This document shows, piece after piece, positions 50,214 to 58,978 of a stretch of DNA of 64,000 bases (the stretch's first letter is position 1; each line of letters opens with the position of its first letter). The notes beneath the pieces were generated by a model. That model made no database searches and had not been told where the DNA came from. It saw only the letters and a program-made list of their open reading frames with translations. Where the stretch lies: assembly GCA_964386185.1 (NCBI GenBank), contig CAYLRJ010000067.1, positions 949-64,948 on the forward strand. Reading direction: 5' to 3'. The stretch is from an uncultured Anaerolineaceae bacterium. Its GTDB lineage: Bacteria > Chloroflexota > Anaerolineae > Anaerolineales > DRMV01. Made by a program: the position numbers and the translations under genes.

Positions 50214-51800
50214 ATGACCAAGCGAAAAATTACCGACGATCTACACGCGCTCTTGGCGGTGCTCCCGCCTGATATTGCTGCCGCGGTCGAGCGAGCCGAC
50301 GATAGCGATAACCTGCTGGAAATCATCCTCGATTTGGGGCGCGTGCCCACGGCCCGCTTCACCCACGGCGAAGTCGTGCTGCGCGAGTCAGAGGTGACCC
50401 GGGCAGAAATTGACCACGTCGTCGCCCGGGTAGGGGCTTTTGACGAAGACAATCGTGCCGGCATCGAGCGCACCCTACACCGCATTGCCGCCATCCGCAA
50501 CCGCCGCGGCGACGTGGTTGGCTTGACGTGTCGGGTGGGGCGCGCAGTGTATGGCACTGTGGACATCATCCAAGACCTCATCGAAAGCGGCAAAAGCGTG
50601 CTTTTGTTGGGGCGGCCTGGCGTCGGCAAAACCACCATGTTGCGCGAAGCCGCCCGCATCCTGGCCGAAAGCAAGCGGGTGGTGATTGTGGACACGTCCA
50701 ACGAAATCGGCGGCGATGGCGATGTGCCTCACCCCGCGGTGGGGCGCGCCCGCCGTATGCAGGTGCCGACCCCCTCGCTCCAACACGAGGTGATGATCGA
50801 GGCCGTAGAAAACCACAACCCCGAAGTCATCGTGATTGACGAAATCGGCCGAGAGTTGGAAGCCCTCGCCGCCCGCACCATCGCAGAACGCGGGGTGCAA
50901 CTCATCGCCACGGCCCACGGCAACAGCCTCGAAAACCTCTTGCTCAACCCCACCCTCTCAGACCTGGTCGGCGGCATTGAGTCGGTCACCCTTTCCGACG
51001 AAGAAGCACGCCGCCGGGGCACACAAAAAACCGTCTTGGAACGCCGCGCCCCGCCCACTTTTGACATCCTGGTGGAAATCCAAGACCGCGACCGTTTGAT
51101 CGTCCACAAAGATGTGGCCGAAGCCGTAGATGCTTTGCTGCGCGGGGAGCCCCTGCGGCCTGAATTGCGCTGGCGGGATGAAGACGGCGAAATCCATATC
51201 GAAGCCATGGTGGCCCAGCAGGAAACCAGCCGAGATCAACGGGGCCCGCGCCGCATGGGAAACCGCCCCCTCGCGACCCCTTCTTCCCCCGCAGACGCGC
51301 CTTACGACCCGTGGCGCCCCCAAAACCGCTTGAAGCCCATTCGCATCTACCCCCACGGCGTCGCGCGCAACCGCTTGCGCAAAGCCGCCAGCTACCTGCG
51401 GGTTCCTGCCAAAGTGGTGGACAACCTCGGCGATGCCCAGGTGGTGGTTACCTTGCGTTCCTATTACCGCAAACGCCCGCGGGTCATCGTGGATGCAGAA
51501 AACCGCGGCATGCCAATCCACGTCCTGCGCTCGAACACGGTCAAACAGATGGAAACTTTCTTGGAAAACCTGTTCCATCTGGAAAAGCGGGCCGACGATA
51601 TGTCCATTGACCAAATTTTGGCCGAAACGCAGGCGGCCATCGAGGCCGTGTTGGCCGGCGAAGATTGGGTGGACCTCACCCCTGCCCCCGCTGACATCCG
51701 CCGCTTGCAGCATCGCCTGGTCGAGGAAGCCCACCTGACTTCGCGCTCCTACGGGCGGGAGCCCTTCCGTCGGGTGCGGATTTATCGGGAGGATGCGTGA
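50214..51800 (+). CDS. Ycf45/SpoIIIAA-like AAA ATPase with C-terminal R3H nucleic-acid-binding domain
   Basis: Walker A 'GRPGVGKTT', 'VVIVDTSNEIGGDGDVPH', Walker B 'VIVIDEIG'. The C-terminal 'IRRLQHRLVEE..LTSRSYGREPFRRVRI' matches the R-x3-H motif. Confidence 0.85.
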   Translation: MTKRKITDDLHALLAVLPPDIAAAVERADDSDNLLEIILDLGRVPTARFTHGEVVLRESEVTRAEIDHVVARVGAFDEDNRAGIERTLHRIAAIRNRRGDVVGLTCRVGRAVYGTVDIIQDLIESGKSVLLLGRPGVGKTTMLREAARILAESKRVVIVDTSNEIGGDGDVPHPAVGRARRMQVPTPSLQHEVMIEAVENHNPEVIVIDEIGRELEALAARTIAERGVQLIATAHGNSLENLLLNPTLSDLVGGIESVTLSDEEARRRGTQKTVLERRAPPTFDILVEIQDRDRLIVHKDVAEAVDALLRGEPLRPELRWRDEDGEIHIEAMVAQQETSRDQRGPRRMGNRPLATPSSPADAPYDPWRPQNRLKPIRIYPHGVARNRLRKAASYLRVPAKVVDNLGDAQVVVTLRSYYRKRPRVIVDAENRGMPIHVLRSNTVKQMETFLENLFHLEKRADDMSIDQILAETQAAIEAVLAGEDWVDLTPAPADIRRLQHRLVEEAHLTSRSYGREPFRRVRIYREDA

Positions 51801-52432
51801 ACGGCTTTTTCATCACGTTTGAAGGGCCCGAAGGCAGTGGTAAGACCACCCAGATTCGGCGTTTGGCCGCCTTCCTGGAAGAGCAAGGTTACGCGGTGGT
51901 GTTGACGCGTGAGCCAGGGGGAACCGTCATCGGTGACCAAATTCGCCAGATTTTGTTAGCGCACGGCAACGCCGAAATGAAGCCTCGCACAGAGGTGTTG
52001 TTGTTTCAGGCTTCGCGCGCCCAGCACGTGGATGAGTTGATTCGCCCTGCTTTGGCCCAGGGGAAAATCGTGTTGTGCGACCGGTTTGCAGATTCTACTT
52101 TGGCTTATCAGGGGTTTGGGCGTGGCGAAAATCTGGACCGCCTGCGGCAGCTCATTGCCTACGCCACGGGCGGCCTGCAGCCGCACTTGACCCTGTTGTT
52201 AGACTTGGACGTGGAGGTAGGCCTTCGGCGGCGTCAGCCTTTGTTGCAGGAATGGAACCGTTTGGACGCCGAGAAGTTGGCTTTTCATCAAAAAGTCAGA
52301 GACGGCTACCGCCAATTGGCTCAGGAAGACCCCCAACGTTGGGTGGTGATTGATGCTTCGCGGTCTGTGGAGGAAGTTCACGATGAGGTGAAGCGTGTCG
52401 TGCAGGCACGTTTGAAAAATTACAAGCCCTGA
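51797..52432 (+). CDS. tmk: dTMP (thymidylate) kinase
   Basis: 'FITFEGPEGSGKTT', 'DRFADSTLAYQG'. The GTG start forms a GTGA overlap with the upstream stop. Confidence 0.93.
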   Translation: MNGFFITFEGPEGSGKTTQIRRLAAFLEEQGYAVVLTREPGGTVIGDQIRQILLAHGNAEMKPRTEVLLFQASRAQHVDELIRPALAQGKIVLCDRFADSTLAYQGFGRGENLDRLRQLIAYATGGLQPHLTLLLDLDVEVGLRRRQPLLQEWNRLDAEKLAFHQKVRDGYRQLAQEDPQRWVVIDASRSVEEVHDEVKRVVQARLKNYKP

Positions 52433-52460
52433 GTGTTATCTCAGGGCTTGGTTTGTCTCG
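52424..52460 (+). terminator. Intrinsic terminator after tmk
   Basis: AAGCCCTGAG-tgttat-CTCAGGGCTT, a perfect 10-bp stem overlapping the tmk stop codon. It is followed by the T-rich ggtttgtctcggtttg. Confidence 0.55.
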
Positions 52461-52495
52461 GTTTGTCAGGGCCTCGCGAGCGGAGAGGGAGGCTT

Positions 52496-53626
52496 TTAGG
52501 CACTGAGGATTTCCAAAAGCCAGCGCAGGGCTTGCTCTGCGGTGGCTTTTTTGTTGCCGATGCGGTCGTGAGGCCATACGAAGCGCTGGGCTACTGTGGT
52601 CAGGGGCGTGCTCACGGCGATCCAAGTGGTGCCGACGGGTTTTTCGGGGGTGCCGCCGCTGGGGCCGGCGATGCCGCTGACGGCCACGGCCACTTCGGCT
52701 GCGAGCGCGCGTTTGGCGCCTTCGGCCATGAGCCGCACGACAGGTTCGCTGACGGCCCCGTGGGCTTCTAACACGCGCCAAGGCACCCCCAGCAGGCGCA
52801 CTTTGGCGTCGTAAGCATAGGCCACAATGCCGCCGGCAAAGTAGGCCGAAGAACCGGGGATGTCGGTGAGGCGGCTGCCAATCAAGCCGCCGGTGCAAGA
52901 TTCGGCCGTGGCGAGCCGCCAACCCCGCTCGACCAGCAGAGGCCCCAGCAGGGCCTCGGGCGCGTGGAAGGAGGTTTCCGGGAGGTCTTGGCCTTCCATC
53001 TCTGCGGCCAGGGCTTCGAAATAAGCGCGCATGACTTGATCGCGGCGCGCGGCCAGGGCCCGCGCCGGCGGGGTGAAGAGCCGCTCGCGCAGGCGGCGCA
53101 GCTTGAAAAGGTATTCGTGATAGGCGCTGTAAACTTCGCCGGGGGCGGTTTGTCCGGTTTTTAGGAAGTGTTCCGAGGGCGGCGCGTAGGCCGGGTTGTG
53201 GTGCCGAAAGGCATAGGCCAGCGCGCGCGCCACGCCTACAGCGCCGATGGCATCCAATTTATCCGCATCAAAGAGCACTTGGGCCTCGAGGGTGCGGGGC
53301 TGTTCGCCGCTGCGGAAGCGGTGGGTGCGGATGGCTTCTTCCACCGCGGCAATGCGGTCTTCGGGCCAGCCTTTTTGGGCAAGCACTTGCCGCGCGAACG
53401 CGGCCGAGGCGTTGTGGTGGCCGTCGCGGGCGGTGCTTTCCGTAGGGCCGTGGGCACCACTGGCATCGTGCAGCAAGGCCGCCGCGCGCACGATGGCTTC
53501 GTCTGCGCCTACTTGGCGCGCCAAATATTCGGCCAGGCGCACCACGCGCAGGATGTGCCCAAAGCCGTGGGTCGGGTCGTCGTCGTACCAAGCGCGGGCT
53601 TCTTCAAGGGTGAGAGATGGGCTCAT
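52496..53626 (-). CDS. HD-domain phosphohydrolase fused to CinA C-terminal / PncC (NMN amidohydrolase) domain
   Basis: N-terminal '[15 protein letters not shown]...FDADKLD' (HD). C-terminal '[31 protein letters not shown]' (PncC/CinA_C). ATG 53626 is chosen ([10 protein letters not shown]..). Confidence 0.85.
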   Translation of the reverse strand: MSPSLTLEEARAWYDDDPTHGFGHILRVVRLAEYLARQVGADEAIVRAAALLHDASGAHGPTESTARDGHHNASAAFARQVLAQKGWPEDRIAAVEEAIRTHRFRSGEQPRTLEAQVLFDADKLDAIGAVGVARALAYAFRHHNPAYAPPSEHFLKTGQTAPGEVYSAYHEYLFKLRRLRERLFTPPARALAARRDQVMRAYFEALAAEMEGQDLPETSFHAPEALLGPLLVERGWRLATAESCTGGLIGSRLTDIPGSSAYFAGGIVAYAYDAKVRLLGVPWRVLEAHGAVSEPVVRLMAEGAKRALAAEVAVAVSGIAGPSGGTPEKPVGTTWIAVSTPLTTVAQRFVWPHDRIGNKKATAEQALRWLLEILSA

Positions 53627-53651
53627 GGCGTGGTCACTTTGGTCGTGGTGG

Positions 53652-53843
53652 TCACTTGAGGAAGTAGAGGGCCAGGCTCCCTGCCACAGCGAGGAGCGCA
53701 ATCACAAGGCAGCCGATGGTGAAAATTCGCCAGGCCAGCCGCAGGAGAAATTTGAGCGCCAGAAGGCCTAAAATCAGCCCCGCGGCAACGAGAAGCAGAG
53801 AAGCGGTATTGGAGATTTCCAAAAGCGTTAGTTGGGCGTGCAT
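53652..53843 (-). CDS. Hypothetical small membrane protein (2 TM, 63 aa)
   Basis: Hydrophobic ORF '[41 protein letters not shown]'. Start is uncertain (53843 or 53891), and it overlaps the hutI 3' end. Confidence 0.45.
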   Translation of the reverse strand: MHAQLTLLEISNTASLLLVAAGLILGLLALKFLLRLAWRIFTIGCLVIALLAVAGSLALYFLK

Positions 53844-55105
53844 ACGACACCTTCCTCGATGCGATAGAATCGCCCCCGCTTGACCACCCATCCTATGGGA
53901 TTGGTGCCAAAGCGGTAGGTCAGATGGCGGTAGTCGTCGGTAGTCAGGATGAGGAAGTCGGCTTGTTTGCCCACTTCCAGGGAACCGATGCGGTCGGCTC
54001 TTTGGATGGCGGCTGCTGCGTTGATTGTGGCGGCCGCCAGTGCTTGCGCGGGCGTGAGCCTCATGGCTCGGGTGGCCAACGCCATGGCAAAGGGCATGCT
54101 TTCACACCATGCGGTGCCGGGGTTGCAGTCGGTGGCCAGCGCCAGCAGGCCATTGGCCGCCAAAATGGCTTGGGCTGGTGTGTAGTGGGGCTCGGCCAGG
54201 CCAAAGGGGGTGCAGGGGAGGGCGACCGCGACGGTGTCGGAGGCGCCCAGGGCGCGGATGTCGGCTTCGGAAGTCGTGACCAGGTGGTCTGCGGAAACGG
54301 CGCCCAGCGCCGCGGCCAGGGCGGCGCCGCCCAAATTGTCGAATTCGTCGGCGTGAACTTTGAGGGGAAAGCCCAAAGCCTTGGCCGTTTCGAGGATGCA
54401 GCGGGTTTGTTCAAGGTTGAAGGCGCCGGTTTCGCAGAAGACGTCAACAAAGGGGAGAGGCCGGCCGGCTGCGTGTTCGCTCCACCAGGCTTTGAGCGCG
54501 GGCAGCATCTCGTGGCAAATCAGGCGGGCGTAATCGTCGCCGCGGCCTTTGAACTCTGGCGGGATGGCGTGGGCGGCGAGGAACGTCGGCGCCAGCTCCC
54601 ACGGCCCTTCGTCGTCCAGCGCGAGAATGGCTTCCAGCATCTTGAATTCGGCGGCGGTCGCGAGGCCATAGCCGGTTTTGACCTCGATGGTGGTGGCGCC
54701 GTGGGCAAAGGCGCGCAGCAAGCGAGGGCGGGTTTCGGCCATCAGCGCCTCAACCGAGGCTTTGCGGGTGGCTCGCACGGTGGATAGGATGCCCCCGCCC
54801 GCTTGGAGGATTTCCAGATAGGTTTTGCCCTCCAGGCGCATTTCAAATTCGGCTGCGCGCTCGCCTGCCCAGAGTAGATGGGTGTGAGGGTCCACCAAAC
54901 CTGGGACCACCGCCCGCCCCTGCGCGTCAAAGCGCGGCTCGTGGGGGTAATCGGGCAAGAGGGCGTCTTCCGGCCCCAACGCGACGATGCGGCCTTCTCG
55001 GACCACCAACGCGGCTTGAGGGATGATGCGCAAATGGCCCAAACGGTGCCCGCGTTGAGGCCCGCCTTGGGGGGTGACCAGTTGGCCAATGTTGTGGATG
55101 AGCAT
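53828..55105 (-). CDS. hutI: Imidazolonepropionase
   Basis: 'GLVDPHTHLLWAGERAAEFEMRLEGKTYLEILQAGGGI', 'KVHADEF' and 'SADHL' amidohydrolase motifs. No SD; TATAAT lies 6 nt upstream of the ATG. Confidence 0.92.
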   Translation of the reverse strand: MLIHNIGQLVTPQGGPQRGHRLGHLRIIPQAALVVREGRIVALGPEDALLPDYPHEPRFDAQGRAVVPGLVDPHTHLLWAGERAAEFEMRLEGKTYLEILQAGGGILSTVRATRKASVEALMAETRPRLLRAFAHGATTIEVKTGYGLATAAEFKMLEAILALDDEGPWELAPTFLAAHAIPPEFKGRGDDYARLICHEMLPALKAWWSEHAAGRPLPFVDVFCETGAFNLEQTRCILETAKALGFPLKVHADEFDNLGGAALAAALGAVSADHLVTTSEADIRALGASDTVAVALPCTPFGLAEPHYTPAQAILAANGLLALATDCNPGTAWCESMPFAMALATRAMRLTPAQALAAATINAAAAIQRADRIGSLEVGKQADFLILTTDDYRHLTYRFGTNPIGWVVKRGRFYRIEEGVVCTPN

Positions 55106-55225
55106 GTAGCAATTATAACTTGCCTTCGTGAAACGCGAGCATTGGCGTATAATGGACGTATCCGCACTGCCGCGTGTAAGTGTCGGGCGATTTTTGGGTT
55201 TGGTGCTTGCCAGTTGAGGAAGGGG

Positions 55226-55852
55226 ATGTCAGTGTCTGACGAAAGCGCTTGGGTGCGCGCTGCGCAAGAGGGCGATTTGGAGGCCTTCAATCGTTTGGTG
55301 TTGGCCTATCAGGATGCGGTATATCATGTAGCATACCGCATCCTGGGTGAGCGCGCGGCGGCCGAAGATGCGACCCAAGAGGCCTTCCTCAAAGCCTGGC
55401 AAGCCTTGGCGCGCTATCGGGGCGGCTCGTGGCGGGGGTGGCTTTTTCGCATTGTCACGAATGTGTGTTATGACTATCTGCGGCGGGAAAAGCGGCGTCC
55501 GACGCTGCCGTTGGAGCCGGTGGATGCAGAAGGGGAAGCCGCCGAATCGCCGTCGTGGTTGGCCGATGCGGACCCCGCGCGCAATCCCGAGCGCAGGGCA
55601 GAGCAACGGGCTTTGCAGCGAGCGCTGACGGCTTGTTTGCAGCAGTTGCCTCCTGAGCAGCGGGCGGTGATGGTGTTGGTGGATGTGGAAGGTTTTGCCT
55701 ACGCGGAGGCAGCCCACGCCTTGGGGGTGCGGTTGGGCACGCTCAAAAGCCGCTTGGCTCGCGCCCGTTTGCGGATGCAGCAGTGTTTGCAGCGTTTTCC
55801 GGAACTTTTGGGTGTGTTCGCGCGTCTAAAGGATGGAGACGCAGCCCAATGA
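55226..55852 (+). CDS. ECF-type RNA polymerase sigma factor
   Basis: Region 2 'AAEDATQEAFLKAWQAL..WLFRIVTNVCYDYLRRE' and region 4 'YAEAAHALGVRLGTLKSRLARAR'. ATG 55226 has a GAGGAAGGGG SD; the track start 54878 is antisense to hutI. Confidence 0.9.
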   Translation: MSVSDESAWVRAAQEGDLEAFNRLVLAYQDAVYHVAYRILGERAAAEDATQEAFLKAWQALARYRGGSWRGWLFRIVTNVCYDYLRREKRRPTLPLEPVDAEGEAAESPSWLADADPARNPERRAEQRALQRALTACLQQLPPEQRAVMVLVDVEGFAYAEAAHALGVRLGTLKSRLARARLRMQQCLQRFPELLGVFARLKDGDAAQ

Positions 55853-56643
55853 ACCTGGAGAAACTTTCCCCTCGCGACCGCCAACGTCTGGCGGCCTATC
55901 TGGATGGTGAACTCTCGCCGCGAGCGCGAGCGAGGGTGGCTCGCCGTGTGGCGCGAGACCCTGTTTGGCGGCAGGCTTTGGAAGAAATGCAAGCCCTCAA
56001 AGCCGCCTTGCAGGCGTTGCCGCGCCCCAAAGCCCCGCGTAATTTTACGCTGACCGAGGCCCAGGCGCAGGCGGTGGCGAAGCGCGCGGATCGCCGTCGG
56101 GGCGCACAGAGGGCGCTGGCGTATCGTTGGGCAAGCGCAGTGGCTGTGGTGTTGTTGATGTTTGTGATGGTTGGAAGTTGGATGACCGCCCACCTGGCCA
56201 CTGGCGCGGCAGTGCCCAAGCATTATGCCGAGCTTCGGCCGGCAAGGGCTTCTGCAGAAGTTGAGGCGCTCTCGCCTGTGGAGCCTGAAGCCGACCAACT
56301 GGCCGAGGCCGGCCAGCCAACGCCCGAGCCTTCGCAGGAGGCCGCCGAGGCGCCGCAAATCTTTTCGGCTGCCGCGCCGCCCGTAACGCCAACCCCGCTT
56401 CCTGCCGGGGCAACCGGCACGGCCGAGAAAGCCGCCCCCTCACCCCCCACCTCGCAACCGACCTCCACTGCCTGCAGCACCCCTCGCTACGCAGCCGCGG
56501 CGCCTGAAACCAACGCACTCCAGCCTGCCCTCCCTGAAGACCAAAGGCTGTGGCGTTGGCCGTGGGGCCTGCTGGAAGGGCTGTTGGCTCTGGCCGCGGT
56601 GGGCTTTGCAGTGGCGGGTTTTTGGCTCGCTCGGCGGCCTTGA
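55849..56643 (+). CDS. Anti-sigma factor (membrane-spanning)
   Basis: ATGA overlap with the sigma gene. N-terminal 'LAAYLDGELSPRARARVARRVARDPVWRQ', which is typical of an anti-sigma N-domain. TM 'ASAVAVVLLMFVMVGSW' and a Pro-rich extracytoplasmic tail. Confidence 0.7.
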   Translation: MNLEKLSPRDRQRLAAYLDGELSPRARARVARRVARDPVWRQALEEMQALKAALQALPRPKAPRNFTLTEAQAQAVAKRADRRRGAQRALAYRWASAVAVVLLMFVMVGSWMTAHLATGAAVPKHYAELRPARASAEVEALSPVEPEADQLAEAGQPTPEPSQEAAEAPQIFSAAAPPVTPTPLPAGATGTAEKAAPSPPTSQPTSTACSTPRYAAAAPETNALQPALPEDQRLWRWPWGLLEGLLALAAVGFAVAGFWLARRP

Positions 56644-57167
56644 GGTCGCCTTTGGAGGGGGTGAGTTTTTAAAAGGCGGGCTCTCAGCCCTGGAAAACTG
56701 GATTTAAAGTTAGGGTCACGCGCGCCCGCGCGCATGCTTAGCCAACCACCGCGCGCGGCTACCCCCATTGGGGGGTTAAGAAAGTGCCCCAACACCTGGG
56801 GGGTGTAAGGCTTTTCGGATAGCCTATCCCAGATATGGGGGGTGTTTGCAGGGCCTGCCCATCCAGAGGCGAACACGAATTCTAAGAACGCCGAGCCGAA
56901 GCGGCGCGTCCGCGGCGAATCTTTAAAAAATTCGGCCTGGAGCGAATTCTTAAAAAATTCAAAGTTTTTAAGAATTCGTAGGTTTCGGGTATTGCCAAGG
57001 GATGCCGAGGCGTGTAGAATACCACACACAGCAAGGGGGTGCGAGCAATCGAAGAAGTTTGACAGGTGCAAACCTGAATTGCAAGCAGTTTGTTTATTCG
57101 CCGCGGCAAGCGACCATCGGCGTTTGCCCCTATGGGGGCGTAGCATGTTCGGTGCGAGGAGGCAAGC
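56644..57167. other. 524-bp non-coding region upstream of dnaA; candidate oriC segment / dnaA promoter region
   Basis: The only long ORFs here have implausible composition. Contains a roughly 65-bp AT-rich island (56916-56980), inverted and direct repeats, G-rich boxes, and a TAGAAT at 57015-57020. GAGGAGG SD at 57156-57162. No canonical TTATCCACA boxes were found. Confidence 0.4.
56943..56978. repeat. Perfect 14-bp inverted repeat CGAATTCTTAAAAA / TTTTTAAGAATTCG with 8-nt spacer
   Basis: 56943-56956 and 56965-56978 are exact reverse complements. Related direct copies lie at 56916-56934 (cgaatctttaaaaaattcg) and 56876-56888 (cgaattctaagaa). Confidence 0.9.
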
Positions 57168-58589
57168 GTGGAACAACAAGCCACAACGCAAGTTTGGCAG
57201 TCCGTTTTGGGGCAACTTCAGATGGAGATGCCCAAAGCAGCCTTTGACACGTGGGTGCGCGACACACAAGTCGTGGGGTTAGAAGACGACACGCTGGTGG
57301 TAGGCGTGCAAAACGCCTACGCGCGCGACTGGCTGGAAAGCCGCTTGCGGAGCACCGTGCGGCGCAAGTTGGTGGGGTTGATGGCGCGGCCGGTGGATGT
57401 GCGATTTGTGGTTTGGTCTGGGCAAGGCGAAGGGAACGGCAACGGTCACGGGGCTCAATCGGCGGCCGAGAGCCCGGCCGACGCCGCGGCCGAGGCGCCT
57501 TCCCCAACAGCAGAAGCGCCCGCGGCTTCCCCCCCGACGCCGGCGCTCCACGCCCAAGATGCCTCGCTCAACCCTCGCTACACCTTCGACAACTTTGTGG
57601 TGGGCTCCAGCAATCGCTTGGCCCACGCAGCCAGCCTGGCCGTGGCCGAAAACCCGGCCAAGGCCTACAACCCCCTCTTCCTCTACGGCGGGGTGGGCTT
57701 GGGCAAAACCCACCTGTTACACGCCATTGGAAACGCCTGCGTCGCCCAAGGGCTGGTGGTGCGCTACGTCTCTTCAGAAGAATTCACCAACGACCTCATC
57801 AACGCCATCCGAACCCACAACACAGAAGCCTTTCGCGAAAAATACCGCAAAGTTGATGTATTGCTCATTGACGACATCCAATTCATCGCGGGCAAAGAAT
57901 CCACCCAAGAGGAATTTTTCCACACCTTCAACACCCTGCATGGCCAAAACAAACAAATCGTCATCACCTCGGACCGCCCCCCCAAAGCCTTGGTGACCCT
58001 GGAAGAACGCCTGCGCTCTCGCTTTGAATGGGGGCTGACGGCCGACATCCAACCCCCGGATTTTGAAACCCGCGTGGCCATCCTGCGGTTCAAAGCCGAA
58101 CAGGCCGGTCGGCAAGTGCCCAACGAAATTTTGGAAACCATCGCGCGGTATATGCAATCCAACATTCGGGAGTTGGAAGGCGCGCTGACGCGCGTCTTGG
58201 CCTATGCAGACCTGCGGGGCATGCCGCTGACCACCGATTTGGTGGAAGCCGCCCTGGCCGACATGCTCCCGCGGCGGCAAGCCATCGAGCCCGAGCAAAT
58301 CATCAATCTGGTGGCCGAAGCCTTTGGCGTGAGCGTGGAACGCCTGCGGAGCAAGAGCCGCTCTCACAAAGTAGCCTTGCCTCGCCAGGTGGCGATGTAT
58401 CTGCTGCGGGAAGACGCCAAACTCTCCCTGCCGCAAATCGGCGAACTGTTGGGCGGCCGAGACCATACCACGGTCAAGTATGGCTATGAAAAAATCGCCG
58501 ACCAAATCGAAAGCGACGAACGCCTGCGCCGCCAAGTGCTTGCATTGCGGGAACGCCTCTATCGGCAAAGCCCGGCGTTGGCGGTTTGA
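57168..58589 (+). CDS. dnaA: Chromosomal replication initiator protein DnaA
   Basis: Walker A '[13 protein letters not shown]', 'LIDDIQF', and domain IV '[10 protein letters not shown]...[24 protein letters not shown]'. GTG start follows the GAGGAGG SD. Confidence 0.97.
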   Translation: MEQQATTQVWQSVLGQLQMEMPKAAFDTWVRDTQVVGLEDDTLVVGVQNAYARDWLESRLRSTVRRKLVGLMARPVDVRFVVWSGQGEGNGNGHGAQSAAESPADAAAEAPSPTAEAPAASPPTPALHAQDASLNPRYTFDNFVVGSSNRLAHAASLAVAENPAKAYNPLFLYGGVGLGKTHLLHAIGNACVAQGLVVRYVSSEEFTNDLINAIRTHNTEAFREKYRKVDVLLIDDIQFIAGKESTQEEFFHTFNTLHGQNKQIVITSDRPPKALVTLEERLRSRFEWGLTADIQPPDFETRVAILRFKAEQAGRQVPNEILETIARYMQSNIRELEGALTRVLAYADLRGMPLTTDLVEAALADMLPRRQAIEPEQIINLVAEAFGVSVERLRSKSRSHKVALPRQVAMYLLREDAKLSLPQIGELLGGRDHTTVKYGYEKIADQIESDERLRRQVLALRERLYRQSPALAV

Positions 58590-58609
58590 AGAGCAGCATA
58601 AGGTTTTGG

Positions 58610-58644
58610 AAGCCGCCCCGCCGGAAGGTGGGGCGGCTTTTTTT
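58610..58644 (+). terminator. Intrinsic terminator of dnaA
   Basis: AAGCCGCCCC-(10-nt loop)-GGGGCGGCTT, a perfect 10-bp stem running into a 7-T tract. Confidence 0.75.
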
Positions 58645-58826
58645 ATCCTCACCGTGACTCATTCACCACAGCCGAGAGCAACCATAGGCCAAACCCTGCT
58701 TCCGCCCCACCATCCAAAGCGGCCGAGCCGAAAAAGCAACACCGCGGCGGCCAAAGGCCGAAAGGTCAAATTTTTGCTGTGGATTTATGTAGATTCTCCA
58801 AAGAATTGCAATTTTGGCTGGGTTTC

Positions 58827-58854
58827 TTGACATCTGGAATGCCTGCACTATAAT
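58827..58854 (+). promoter_or_regulatory. Consensus sigma-70 promoter for the peptide ABC importer operon
   Basis: TTGACA (58827-58832), 16-nt spacer, TATAAT (58849-58854). Leaves a leader of about 118 nt before ATG 58979. Confidence 0.55.
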
Positions 58855-58978
58855 TGCCCCAAATTCTCATGGGGCGCACATCTCACCGCAAAAAAGGAGG
58901 TGGTGGCCCTTGAAAATTCCGTTGCCGGTTCGTCCATTGTTCTCCCGTTTCAACCAAAAGTTTTAAGGAGGAGAAGGT

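Noticed and set aside
56882-57184. Search for rpmH (L34) or another small gene divergent from dnaA; 100-aa and 146-aa ORFs lie in the dnaA upstream spacer
   Set aside because: Neither translation resembles L34 (no MKRTFQPS.. motif) or any protein-like composition. Both span the AT-rich repeat island.
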